This document shows positions 52,121-63,354 of a stretch of DNA of 64,000 nucleotides, one piece after another. The stretch is taken from the NCBI GenBank assembly GCA_964247055.1, contig OZ176051.1, positions 12,090,001 to 12,154,000 of the forward strand. Direction: 5' to 3'. The notes under the pieces are model-generated. The model had not been told where the DNA came from, searched no databases, and saw only the letters and a program-made list of their open reading frames with translations. This DNA is from Paragordius varius. Lineage: Eukaryota; Animalia; Nematomorpha. The position numbers and the translations under genes were made by a program. The number at the start of each line of letters is the position of its first letter. The stretch's first letter is position 1.

Positions 52121-53507
52121 TAGGGTTGTGCCCATTAGTCAATGACCTAGGGTCATGACCTAGGTCATGACCATGGTCATGACCACGAAAAAAAATGACC
52201 TAGGTCAATTTTTTTATTTTTTTAATTTTTTATTTTTTTAATTTTACAATTTTTAGGAAAACAAAACCTTATATTATTTATATATGTATTATTTTTTTAA
52301 AATATCATATGATACATATCTTTTCTTTACTTCCTAAATCATAATGAAATCAGCCTTGTGGAAATTTTTCGATCAAAAAAAATCAAGTTACATGCAAGAA
52401 ATGTAATGAAGAAACATTTAAATGAAGTTCATGAAAAAAATTTTATGATAGAAGGTGATGGTAAAGCAAGCTAATTATTTAATTTCTTAAGTTTAGTCTT
52501 AAAAATTTCTGTTTTCAAGATAAATTAGCCAGAAACATTTAGCAAAATTAATTATACATCCTCAACTCTAAACATAGTTGAAAATAAACATTTTCGGAGT
52601 TTCATTCATAGTTTAAACCTAATTATGCTATTCCAAATAGAAAACAGATTTCCAATAAATTATTAGATTCATGTTATGAAGATATAAAAATAGTTATTGG
52701 AATATGTAAAAATAATATTTTATTAATCGTCGATCCCTTTACCAATATTCGTAGGAAGCAAATAATTAATATTATTGGCCAAGGATCCCAAAAATCATTT
52801 TTATTAACTATTGACGCATCTTATCATATAGTAAGACTGCCGAATATATCTATAACATAATGGAACCAATTATAAAAGTTATTGGAAATTTTAATAATTA
52901 ATGCCATTGTGACCGATAATGCAGCGAACATGAATGCTGCTGAAAATTTAATTAATAAAGAATATCCTAATATAATATGACATGTATGCCAATGTCATAT
53001 AATATATAATTTGATCTAAGAATATATTAATCTTAATAAGATTACTGAAATTTTATATGTAGTGAGCACGAATATATATTCTATTAAGTCGTATAAAAAA
53101 TTTCAAGTATAAAAAAAACTTTGAACCATCCTAAGTTAACGTTAAGTTTATAGACAGTGACTCGTTGTTACACAATCTAAATAATTAGAGCATAAATAGG
53201 CTTAAATAAATGCATATTTTTTCATTAGTCTTAGCTTTCTGTGATTTGAAGCTTTCTATAAGTCTTTATGTATGATTCCAGGAAACATCGTTAATTGTAG
53301 AAATTTAAATTATCAGGATTGGTGAAAGTATAATTTTAAAAAAATATACACTTTATGTAAAAACCTTTTTTATGTGATTTAATCAAGTATTTATGTGTGT
53401 AGTTATTTATTATTGGCAATAACATATGGTATGACCTAGGTCAGACCTAGGTCGGACCTAGGTCTGACCCCCTTTTTCGAAAAAAGGGGGTCAAAATCAC
53501 AACCCTA
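52121..53507 (+). mobile_element. Internally deleted hAT transposon with transposase remnants
   Basis: Perfect 10-bp TIR TAGGGTTGTG/CACAACCCTA, perfect 8-bp TSD GCAACGAC, and subterminal GACCTAGGTC repeats. Remnant frames include VTCKKCNE (BED finger), IVENKHFRSFIHSL, IPNRKQISNKLLDSCYE and IVTDNAANMNAA. Confidence 0.92.
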
Positions 53508-54038
53508 GCAACGACGCATATGTTTTGCTTTTTTGTAATGAATATAAGCCAAAATTAATCAAATATATATTAGCAATTATGTTAGTACATCTTTTAAATT
53601 TTCAGACGACAAAATGGCTTCTACCTTGATCCTATTGACAAACTACCAACATCCCATTAGTGCAATACGCTTAGCTTGATAATTTATGATACCTTATAAA
53701 GTCAACAAACAATTCAAATATAATCACATTCTGTTTATACTTACTCTAGCTAAATTATACCCGGGACGCAGTGGCATTATCAAATTAATTTTAATTTAAA
53801 AATATAATATTTATTTTAAACATTCCTACTACACCCTTTTACATGAATAATTATATTATTTTCTATATATGAATATTTAACTATATGGGAGAGTGTAAGT
53901 CTCTAGTCCCATAGCATATTTTTGGTAATTGGATGTGTGGCTTTTTACCAAATTCATTTGAACATTTGTGGGTATGGCAAACACATTTTGTTTTCAATGA
54001 ACCTTAATATTTATATACATGATTTTTTATCAAATATA

Positions 54039-54229
54039 CAGTATGAGTAAGTATACATTGCTAGAAAGTTTTAATTATTACCAAATAGTAAATACAACAA
54101 AGGGCAGTATTATTGGCTTATAGTTATGTTTTTCACTTTTTCTATTATTAGCCAATAATACTGTCTTTTTTTGTATTAATATTTGGCAATAATCAATAAC
54201 TATCTAGCAATGTATACTTAATCATTCTG
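54039..54229. mobile_element. Tc1/mariner-type MITE (family A, copy 4)
   Basis: TA|CAGTATGAGTAAGTATAC…GTATACTTAATCATTCTG|TA termini. It is closely similar to copy 2. Confidence 0.85.
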
Positions 54230-54553
54230 TAAATTTTTATCAAACATATCATATTAATAAAATTATTATTGATAAAAATGTTAATAAAAACAAAACATAA
54301 AAAGTAAAGACGAATATTTTTTATAAGAAAAACCATATATTTTAAATTTTTATCTTACTAATGGTAATTATTAATCGTTTAAAATTTCCACCAAAACAAA
54401 ATGTGAAAGTTAGAAAAGTTATGGATATATAAAATACCAGTCTTTACTTTTTATGTTTAACTTAAATACTATTTTCCATATTATAAATAGAATGTTATAT
54501 TTTGCAAAACAAAAACAACTCTAAAACATTTAAAACATTATATTCATTATATA

Positions 54554-54748
54554 CAGTTGAGTTGTATACATTGCTAGAAAGTTATTAATAATTGCCAAAT
54601 AGCATCATATGCAACAAATAGAATTATTATTGGCGAATAATGTTAAAAAGTGAAAAAAATAACTATATGCCAATAATACTGCCCTTTGTTGTGTACGCTA
54701 ATTGACAATAATTAATGAAAAACTAGCAATGTATACTTACTCATACCG
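54554..54748. mobile_element. Tc1/mariner-type MITE (family A, copy 5, reversed)
   Basis: TA|CAGTTGAGTTGTATAC…GTATACTTACTCATACCG|TA termini. Confidence 0.8.
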
Positions 54749-55857
54749 TATAATCATTACGATTCATTATCATATCTTATATATTTTTATAATAATAAAT
54801 TTTTTACACAAACAAATATTTTTGTGGATTTGAATGAAAATTAATCCAGCGGCCTGTGTAAATGGTCCCAAAATATTGGAAGTAATATAACTAACCAAAT
54901 TAACAGGTCAGATTTAAACCATTTTAAAATGCATATCTTAAAATATTGTATGGGGTCGCAATCATATCATAGTAGAAGAAATAATCAAATATAAATTATA
55001 CATAGTTTTACCCTAATATAAAATTTATTAATGAAACTTTTTAAATAATAATGAAATAATATTTTAAATAAATCTGAACAAAAAAGGATATTTAATGATA
55101 CAAATTTTATGCATTTCATTATTCATCATGGCTGTTTGACTCATATTTATCTCAAAAATGGTTGATTTTTTATGAGTTTGTGGCCCTCAATTTTAAAGAA
55201 GAATTTTATATTAAATATTACTTGAGATTTCTCTTTGCTCGTTTATTCGTTTTTGTTAATAAAATTAGAAATCCTTCTCCATTTCATCAACTAATATGGC
55301 TGTTAACCCATTTATGGCTAGATAGGGTCTAATGCTAATGTGACCAGATAGGTTGTTTTTCGCAGTACAGTACTGGGTTTTCAGAAAAAAACTTCGCCTG
55401 AACTGCGCCCACTTTTGTAATGCTTTTTGAATTAAAAAAAATATTTTTTTATAAATATATTATATACCTTTTATTTATTCAAAAAAATTATTTTAGAATT
55501 TAATATAGTACCGTCTGTAAAAATATCCCCATGATTTGTTAAGAAAGGTTCATTCGGTAAAAATAAGATTGGCCTATTTTTAATTGGTTAATATTCTATT
55601 TTCTCGAATTATACATAAAACTTAAGATTGCGCCTTTTCACGCAGTGGTGAAACTATTTATCTCGATCGTAAGATTCAGGCTAATGGCTCTTTCACTCAG
55701 GGCTTCCGCAAAAGGAGGTGCCTAAAAATACAAATAACTTAATTATGATATTTTAATAAATGTTTGATCATGTTAGAAAGTTTATTTTTTTTTATAATTA
55801 TCAAACGAAAAATTATATAGAAAATTGTTATTCCCATAACATATTATGTAAAATTTA

Positions 55858-57186
55858 CTAGCTGGCCGTGTTACGCTTGGCTGTGACGTATCACCGATAA
55901 TTATTCTTAATAATTTACAATAAATAGAGTTAATGGATATAAAAAAATAAGTAAAGCATATTTAACAAAAAGAATATCTTTGATTATTATTTTACGGGTA
56001 TAGGCTCAAATATTGTTTACTCAAAATTGACCATATTTAAACTGTCCCTTATTAAAGTTCAGAAATGTGTTTAACTCGTATGGCTTCTTAAGTTTTTTGA
56101 AAATTAGCTTTAAAACCACACCATTTTTGTATGGCGTCTCAGTTTTAAACCGGTAGACCCCACCCATAGACCTATATGGAAAAAGCGCTGTTAAATTTTT
56201 TGCCTTTATGAGGCAAATATTTGGAATCATTTTTGATATCATCGTATCATGGGTTATTTAAAAAAATACCTCAACCTCAATAATAATTATATGATGGCGT
56301 ATTTTTAGGGCGTAAAGGCCCCAAATTAACAAATTTTAAAAACCCCTGACCTTTTTTACATAGTTACGACTAATATTTCAAGCTTTTAATGATCTTATAT
56401 GGCTTCATAAATTTCCTCTAAATTAGCTCCAAAACAACGCTATTTCTTTATAGTGGTGCAGTTTTTGGCGGTTAGCTCCTAACCGCAGGTATAAAAAGGG
56501 CTGGGAAAATTGCCTTTAGATGGGGAATATCTGGAATTATCATGGAATCCATATATTCCTATTAGACTTATAGGTTTTCCGAAATTTGGCTCCAAAAGTA
56601 TGCTGTTTCGATATGGTGGCGCGGTTTTAGGCGGTTAGCCCCCTAACCAAGGGCGAAACAAAAAACGCTCGATTACAATTTTTGCCTTAATTCAGGTAAT
56701 AGCTGGAATCATGATTGATTCCATATGCTCTCATGGGATTTTCGAAAAATTGCCTCAAAACCAAAAGGTTTTTCTACGGTGGCGCATTTTTCAGAATAAG
56801 GCCTAATTAAGAGGTAATTTTATAAAACCGCTCTACTTAAAATTTTACCTTTTTACGGTTAACATTTCAAGCCCTTATTGAGCTCATACCTGATAAGTTT
56901 TCTAGAAGGCCTCCAAAGTCACGCTGTATCGATATGGTGGCTTGTTGGCGGGTAGCCCCCTACCCAGAATCCAATATAAAAAAAGAGGTTCTATAAAAAA
57001 TTATTGCCTAACCCGTTTTTTACACGGAGTTCGCCCGAACTGGGGGCCCAATTTAAAAAAGGGCGAAGCTATGGTCGGGGCATTCATTAATGATTATATG
57101 TTTTTGACATTTGGATTTGAATGGGTCTACCGGTTTTCCGGAAACAGATCCCAAAACCAGTATTTCCATTTTTATAAATATATAGA
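55858..57186 (-). mobile_element. Non-autonomous Helitron
   Basis: On the minus strand the 5' end is A|TCTATATATTTATAAAAATG and the 3' end is a GC-rich imperfect hairpin (gccaagcgtaacacggc) followed by CTAG|T. It is inserted between A and T with no TSD. No Rep/helicase ORF. Confidence 0.8.
56060..57010. repeat. Diverged ~160-bp tandem repeat (6 units) inside the Helitron
   Basis: The anchor motif (a/g/c)tgg(t)g(g)cg recurs at 56131, 56294, 56453, 56613, 56777 and 56934 (spacing 157-164 bp), with shared flanks gctccaaaa and ggcggttagccccta. Confidence 0.75.
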
Positions 57187-57342
57187 TTGTATATGGCATG
57201 TTCGATAACTTTTTTTTCGTATTAAAAAATTAATAATTTATACGTTTATACTCATCAGGGGGAGGTATGATATTTCTTAATTTTTTTCCTAAACTTTAAT
57301 TTTTATTGTTTTCTTATTTTTTTGTATAAATAAAGATATTTT

Positions 57343-57622
57343 AAAGCGTACTTCAAACTATTTTGAAGCATGATGGAAACGGTATAATGCTTTAAGATAT
57401 AAAACCCTTTTTCTAAATATTTCGATGATGTTGAACATTACTATAGGTTCAGAATTTTAATTTAAAGATTTGTTTGCTCGCAAATTTTGGCCAATTTTTG
57501 TAAAAAAACACAATAGTTCTTAGTGAGAAAAACGTATTGCAATATCAAATTAATATATATATAAAGTATATAACCAACCGTTCATATCGTTTCCATCATG
57601 CTAAAAATAGTAAATACGCTTC
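57343..57622. repeat. Palindromic dispersed repeat (family K), MITE-like
   Basis: gcgtacttcaaactattttgaagcatgatggaaacg pairs with cgtttccatcatgctaaaaatagtaaatacgc. Confidence 0.55.
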
Positions 57623-59445
57623 AAAAAATTTTGTTAAAAATTAAATTTTTAAAAGTATGGATTTTTTAAAAAATATATTTAATTGATATCAGGATTTAAC
57701 ATGTATTTAAAATTTACACAATGTCGGAATTTTTGCATTTTCTTTAAGAAAACTGTCCATTTTAAGAGAGCCAAAAAATTTCGGACTTTCAGAGCCCTTA
57801 TCTAACATAAAATTTTTATTGTTTTGATTTTTGTATGAAGTTTATATGTTTTAGTGATATTTTTTGAAATAAAGCATTTATGTTTTCACCAAAAAATATA
57901 TTTGAAAAAATTGCTCACCTTTTGCATTTTTTTGCTGTTTACCACAAAGGTGTAAATATTCTTAAATAACTCGCAAAGGTTAGGACCAGAAGCACCAGGA
58001 TAATCCTGAATTTTTCCTATCATAATATATATATTTCATCAGGATATTTTTTGTGGAAACTGTGTAATATACCATACCGATGGTGAAAAAACAGGCAAAG
58101 TATGTTTTAATTTTGTACTGCGTCCAAGTTCAAAGTATCTGGTCACTTTAGTCTAATCTCAATTATTATATATTACCGAACAAGATAGATAATTTTAGGG
58201 TACTTAAATACGGCGCGGTTAAATTGAAAAATATTTTTATATCAAATTTTAACAAACATCGTCAGGTATTAAAAAAAAATATAAACCCAATAGTCTAATA
58301 TCTAATAATTAAATATGGTAAGTAAAGTATTAAAAAGGAAAGGAGAATTTCCCACAAATTTGACATACTAAGCTTCATTAAAATATATAATTTAATTAAT
58401 TTTAATATATATTTTTCGGTATAAAATGCTGTGGTTTGAACGAAGATTAGCGTGGAAATCACGTTATTCTTCACGTCCATTTAGTACAAATTTTCCTGAG
58501 CATTGAATTAAAAAGGTTTCTACCTGCTTAATTTGCGGACTTGTCTTTTTACTGATTAAAGAGTTTTATTCGGTTTCCATAATTTGTAGATGGGGTTCTT
58601 TAGTCATCCATTGATCTTTACTGATTAAAAGGTTTGTGAATTTTGAGGGTTAACCTAAAATACACATTTAATTGTTTTTATGTTTCCTACATCAAAATTA
58701 TGCTAATTGGTTAAAATTTTCAGGTTATGGTTTAAACGAGTATAAGTGAATTTTGACATATATAAATAATTTTATTTTTATAATTTCAATAACCAATGAT
58801 GGATTTAATGTTTCACGGGCGTTTCAATGTTACATAAATCGATTATTCTAACCCAAAATAACGCTTTTTAACTGTGCTAACTGATTAATTTTTTGCTCCC
58901 CTGTCGTAAAAATTCATCTCATCAGGCCTCAAAAATCTTGTTGATAATATACTATTCTTTAAATAGTTTGTGTCAAGTTTACTGCCTATTTTTAGATTTT
59001 TTTATCCTAAGATGCAACCTAGTGATTATTTTAAGTTTTATAAGTTTCATCCATGACCAAGCCCCCGAATCTATTTTTATAAAAAATCCTATTTTAAGCA
59101 AAAATATTTTTAGAAAATGATCAGGTAAAACTGAAGCCTTATTTGGTCATAATCTTATTTTAGAACACTATATTTTATAAATAAGCGATACGCATATTTT
59201 ACCCTCTTTTGTGTAAAATAAGTGAATTAAATATTGACATAAAAATGATAAAAAACTAATATTAGATTTCAACAGAATTACACACCCTTTTTTGTTATTA
59301 TTATACATAAATATAACTATGACATAGTTATCAAAGAGATATCTGTTCATATTATTAACCTATTTCAACAATAGAGTGAGTACTATTACTGTGAAAGTTG
59401 AACAGTCATTAGCCCTTGACATCTGACGCAATATAAATCAGAGAT

Positions 59446-59465
59446 GCCCGCCCATATATATAAAA
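59446..59465 (+). promoter_or_regulatory. Candidate core promoter (GC box followed by TATA box) of the small secreted-protein gene
   Basis: GCCCGCCC at 59446-59453 is immediately followed by TATATATAAAA, about 60 nt upstream of the ATG at 59520. TATA-like strings are common in this AT-rich DNA; the GC box and the position are the informative parts. Confidence 0.45.
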
Positions 59466-59519
59466 AAGCTAAAATTCCAAATTAAAAGTATATTTGTTAT
59501 TGATAGTAACTTTGTAAAA

Positions 59520-61135
59520 ATGAAATTCTACTCCCTAATTGTAGCAATCATCCTTTTGAAAGCGATATATTCGGACCGTGGTAATTTTTTTTATTATCTT
59601 TAAATAATTATTGGCCAACTCTAAGAGTGTATTGCAGTATACGCATTCATGTTTAATAGGCTTGTATATATAATCATCATGTAAACTCACTAATACCGAT
59701 ATTTTTATAATTGAAAAAAAATTCGATTATCGCTGAATTTAGGTTATATTAAAATGATTTGTTAACTTAAATAGGTATTACACAATTGTTTTAGTAATAA
59801 ATATATTCGAGGATGGAATTTATGATTAAATCATTTACCATACCTTGGTAATATCTGCTTTATAGCAATCAATGAAAGCAACTTTTTTAGCCGATATTTT
59901 TTTATAATAAATATTTTTTCCATATAAATAAATTATTAGTTGCTAAAATTTTTATATAACAACGCATTTTTTATTCAATCTTTCAGAGATTTATGCAATA
60001 AAATAAAATAAGAGTTAGGGTCCTTTTTGCTTGTTGATTTAAAAATAAGGTTATTTGGGCCGATACTACCATAACAATAAACAATTTTTACTTATGAGAT
60101 TAATTTAAATTAACCATAAATGTACAAATATGTATATTTGTTATTCAGTTACCGAAAATTTGAGAATAACATACCAAAAGGATCCCAATAGACCCGACTG
60201 TAATAATTGTTATAAAGTTGGTCGATCGTATCATCCTTATGTGTACAGTGTATGGGTAAAGATCACTCTCAAGGATAAACTGTTTTATGATAATTATGTA
60301 AGAAATAAAATACTTGATTATCTCATTTTATTTGAATCAAATTGGGTTATCTAAAGATTCCAGATTTTTAGATTGATTTAATTTACTATCCCAAAATAAA
60401 TTATATCAATGAGCCAAAATATATAAATAGAAATTTGTTTTGAAAAAGGTTCCATATCAAACTATTCGACGCCTATTTATTTTAAAAATTTTCTGCAAAA
60501 TATTCTGTTGTTTATTCTAACGCTAAAATTAGAGTTTTTATCATAAATATCGTATAAAACATACATAACAGAAAAAGTGGTTTATTTTGCATTATATTTG
60601 TATTTAACTAATCCATTCATGCCATGTTAACAAATTTCTTTATCTTGAAGTGTTTATCCATAAAATAACTAAAAAAATTTCATGATTTTTTTTTATATTT
60701 TGGTGCATCAATATAAGTGGAAACTTTTGCAATAAAAATATTTGATTTTAAACAGGCTTGAGCTCCCCATAGACCCCAATTTGAATCGGAAACTGTTCAA
60801 GAAATATGCAATATCGAAAAACAATTTCAATATATATTGTTTTAAATAATATTAAAAAGAGATATTATATGAATATATATGGTAATTGCAAAAAAGCAGA
60901 ACATGCGAAAGCTTTAAACTGGTTATAATACTTTAATGCCTCATTTACGGTCATATTCTAAAAACTTTCTTTTATATTTTCTAAAATTTAGATAGTAGGC
61001 GAAGATGTTACCGTAAATTTCAGGGATCACCGTGATGAAATCTTTCACGTACTTATGACATACAAATTAAATAATGGAACCAAATATGTCATAGATGATG
61101 TCTTTAATCCTCAAACATGGGACCGATATCATTAA
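59520..61135 (+). CDS. Small secreted protein of unknown family (103 aa, signal peptide, CxxC pair)
   Basis: Exons 59520-59580, 60149-60255 and 60992-61135 (TAA), with GT-AG introns in matching phases (1, 0). The translation is MKFYSLIVAIILLKAIYSDRVTENLRITYQKDPNRPDCNNCYKVGRSYHPYVYSVWIVGEDVTVNFRDHRDEIFHVLMTYKLNNGTKYVIDDVFNPQTWDRYH. AATAAA follows at about 61192. All three exons are GC-richer than their flanks. Confidence 0.8.
60335..60800. mobile_element. Degenerate family B TTAA MITE (reversed) in intron 2 of the secreted-protein gene
   Basis: acagaaaaagtggtttatttt, ttccatatcaaactattcgacgcc and ttttaaacaggcttg…ccccaatttgaatc match reversed family B. Termini are eroded. Confidence 0.65.
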
Positions 61136-61419
61136 CTCGTTTAAACTTTTACCTTTTACTGAAAAGTAGTTCAATTTAGTTCACACATATTAAATAAATA
61201 AATTAAAAGATTGTATCTGATTAAAATTTATTTTTATTATATTAAGAGGTTTAGTGATACTCCTTATTCCCAAATAAATATTGATATATTACAATATCTT
61301 TTTTCGTTTTACATGGTCAGTTAAATTTTAGGAATTTTAACAGGCTTCTACGCTGAAAAAATAGTCAGCTGATTCGTTCTGGCATATTCATATAATTGTG
61401 TAACTAATGCTTCAAACAA

Positions 61420-61603
61420 GAGTCGAGTTATTATTTGCGGCCCGTGGAAAATTTGGTCAATAATATAGTAAAATTTAAAATTTAAACCAATTTTCTGGAT
61501 GAATCCATCCAATACGCAAAACTAGGTTTGCATAATAAAACTATTATTAATGCCCATATATGTTTCCAGCCCGCAAAGCCATTTGTATTGGACGACACCC
61601 TTG
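61420..61603. mobile_element. Partial hAT MITE (family D)
   Basis: gcggcccgtggaaaattt…gcccgcaaagccatttgtattggacgacacccttg|ctttaaac matches the right part of family D. Confidence 0.6.
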
Positions 61604-62110
61604 CTTTAAACATTATACTACCCTTTTCCCAAATAAATGTCAAATTGATATTTGAAAAAGACAACAATTTAAGATTATAACTTTTTATGGTAACATACTT
61701 TGGGATCATAATAATTCCGCGCCTAATCAAATAACTATATCAAAACACAATAATTATTATGCGATCTTTTACTATGGCTATGATTGAAATTAAATGATTT
61801 GATAATCTAATTTTTAATGTTTGGTCATCTCATACATAACAATAAAAAAATTTAAGTCATTAAATAATAGTCAAATATTTGTATATTCTGTTTAAGAGTT
61901 GATTAAAATATAAAACACCGATAATATGTAAAAATAAAAGAGGTATCAAGAGTGTTCTGTAGACAATTTAGGATATTGTTTAACTGTGATAAAAATCCTC
62001 ATAAAAATATTAATACATTTTCTGTACTTTAATGTATACCTTTAATTTAAAGTTGTTTTAAATTGAATAAATTTTTGATTAAGAGAGGAATTCATGCTAC
62101 AATGAGAAGC

Positions 62111-63354
62111 TTAGGTATTTCCAAATATAATTTTGGTAAGTTTTGTCAAAGATCGATGTAGATTCCTATCGCACATCAAATATATTTGGACCACTGTTAT
62201 CAGGTAAAACAAATCAATCCACATAACAAATTCCTTAAAATCCATCAAATAATCGAAATTAGGCGTTCCCTGTAAAGCTCGGTATATGAGATCATACAGA
62301 TTAACAATAGTTTCAGGAAACATACAAATGAAATAGTAAATAGGTAAATACGTTGCTGTAGTTAAATTAAATTGGTTACATCGAGTTATGGTAGGAGAGT
62401 TGCATTCTAAATGATTCTTATTACATTCCTTGTTTAGGGCTGACTCTCCATTAGCTGGTGGGGATTGAGGTTGGTTTGATTTAATACCTTGTGCATCTTC
62501 GAAATTATGAATTGTATCGGTTGTTTTTAAAGCAATTTTTTTCCTTACAATTTGTGTCATTTTCGTCCATGTGGTTTCATGATTGGCTCCGGGTTTAGTT
62601 AATTCACCACAAATGAGACACATACAAAATTTAGGATGATTGGATACACCATAAAATACTTTTAATTTTCGACTCACTAACCATGCGCAAACAACGATCA
62701 CAATGATTGGGAAAAGGTGGAAAAAACACAATAAGATCCCAATGATAATGGATTGATATAGTACATAGTACAGTTGAAATTCATAGTATACCTCATTGTT
62801 TGCAGTTAGGCAGGGGATGATTTGACTACTGAAACCGAGAATCCCATTCAACCCTAATTGAATGAGCCAAGTGACCCAGGGTAAGCTGATCCAATATTTT
62901 TTGAGGGTGAGAACCCATTCCGTATATACGTAGGGTTTACTTAAAGCTAACCATTGATCAATCATAACGAAGCTTATGCACACAAAGCTATTGTAAAATA
63001 GGGATCTAGAAAACATTTTACTGTATATGTAGAATAGCAACCAATCATACTGTGGTACGGGTGAACCATAGTAATAAAATGGTAACTCTTCAAAATATCT
63101 ACTCCACATTAGCATGCAAACTACAATATTTTGTGCTGTATAAGTTTCCAGAAATAATAGGCTGGTTGTTTAATATGATTTAACACGGAGGTAAGAATCA
63201 ATAATCCTATAAGATTGCTAAATACGCCCATAAAAATTAATATCGGAACTAAACGTTGTCGAAATATTTCATTTCCAGGGCCCAAAACAATGTGGTCGGA
63301 GCAATTATCAATGTAATTCCTTTGAAAATCAATATCCATTTTCATGTTATTCAT
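62111..63354 (-). CDS. Intronless class A (rhodopsin-like) 7TM GPCR, resembling FMRFamide/myosuppressin/Srw-type peptide receptors; frameshifted at about 63152 (pseudogene or assembly error)
   Basis: ORF 63354-63121 supplies the N-terminus and TM1 (LVPILIFMGVFSNLIGLLIL). ORF 63115-62111 supplies the rest of TM2 through TM7 (MIDQWLALSKPY, YYFICMFPETIVNL). The two frames overlap, and adding one T in TATTTC restores a 414-aa ORF reading KQPAYYFLETYTAQNIVVCML. Confidence 0.8.

Larger units (their letters stand above)
55336..58150. mobile_element. Non-autonomous hAT (Blackjack-like termini) element containing nested insertions
   Basis: Termini TAATGTGACCAGATA / TATCTGGTCACTTTA (14/15 match), matching subterminal CGCAGTACA / TGTACTGCG, and an approximate TSD gtctaatgc/gtctaatc. 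Confidence 0.6.
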
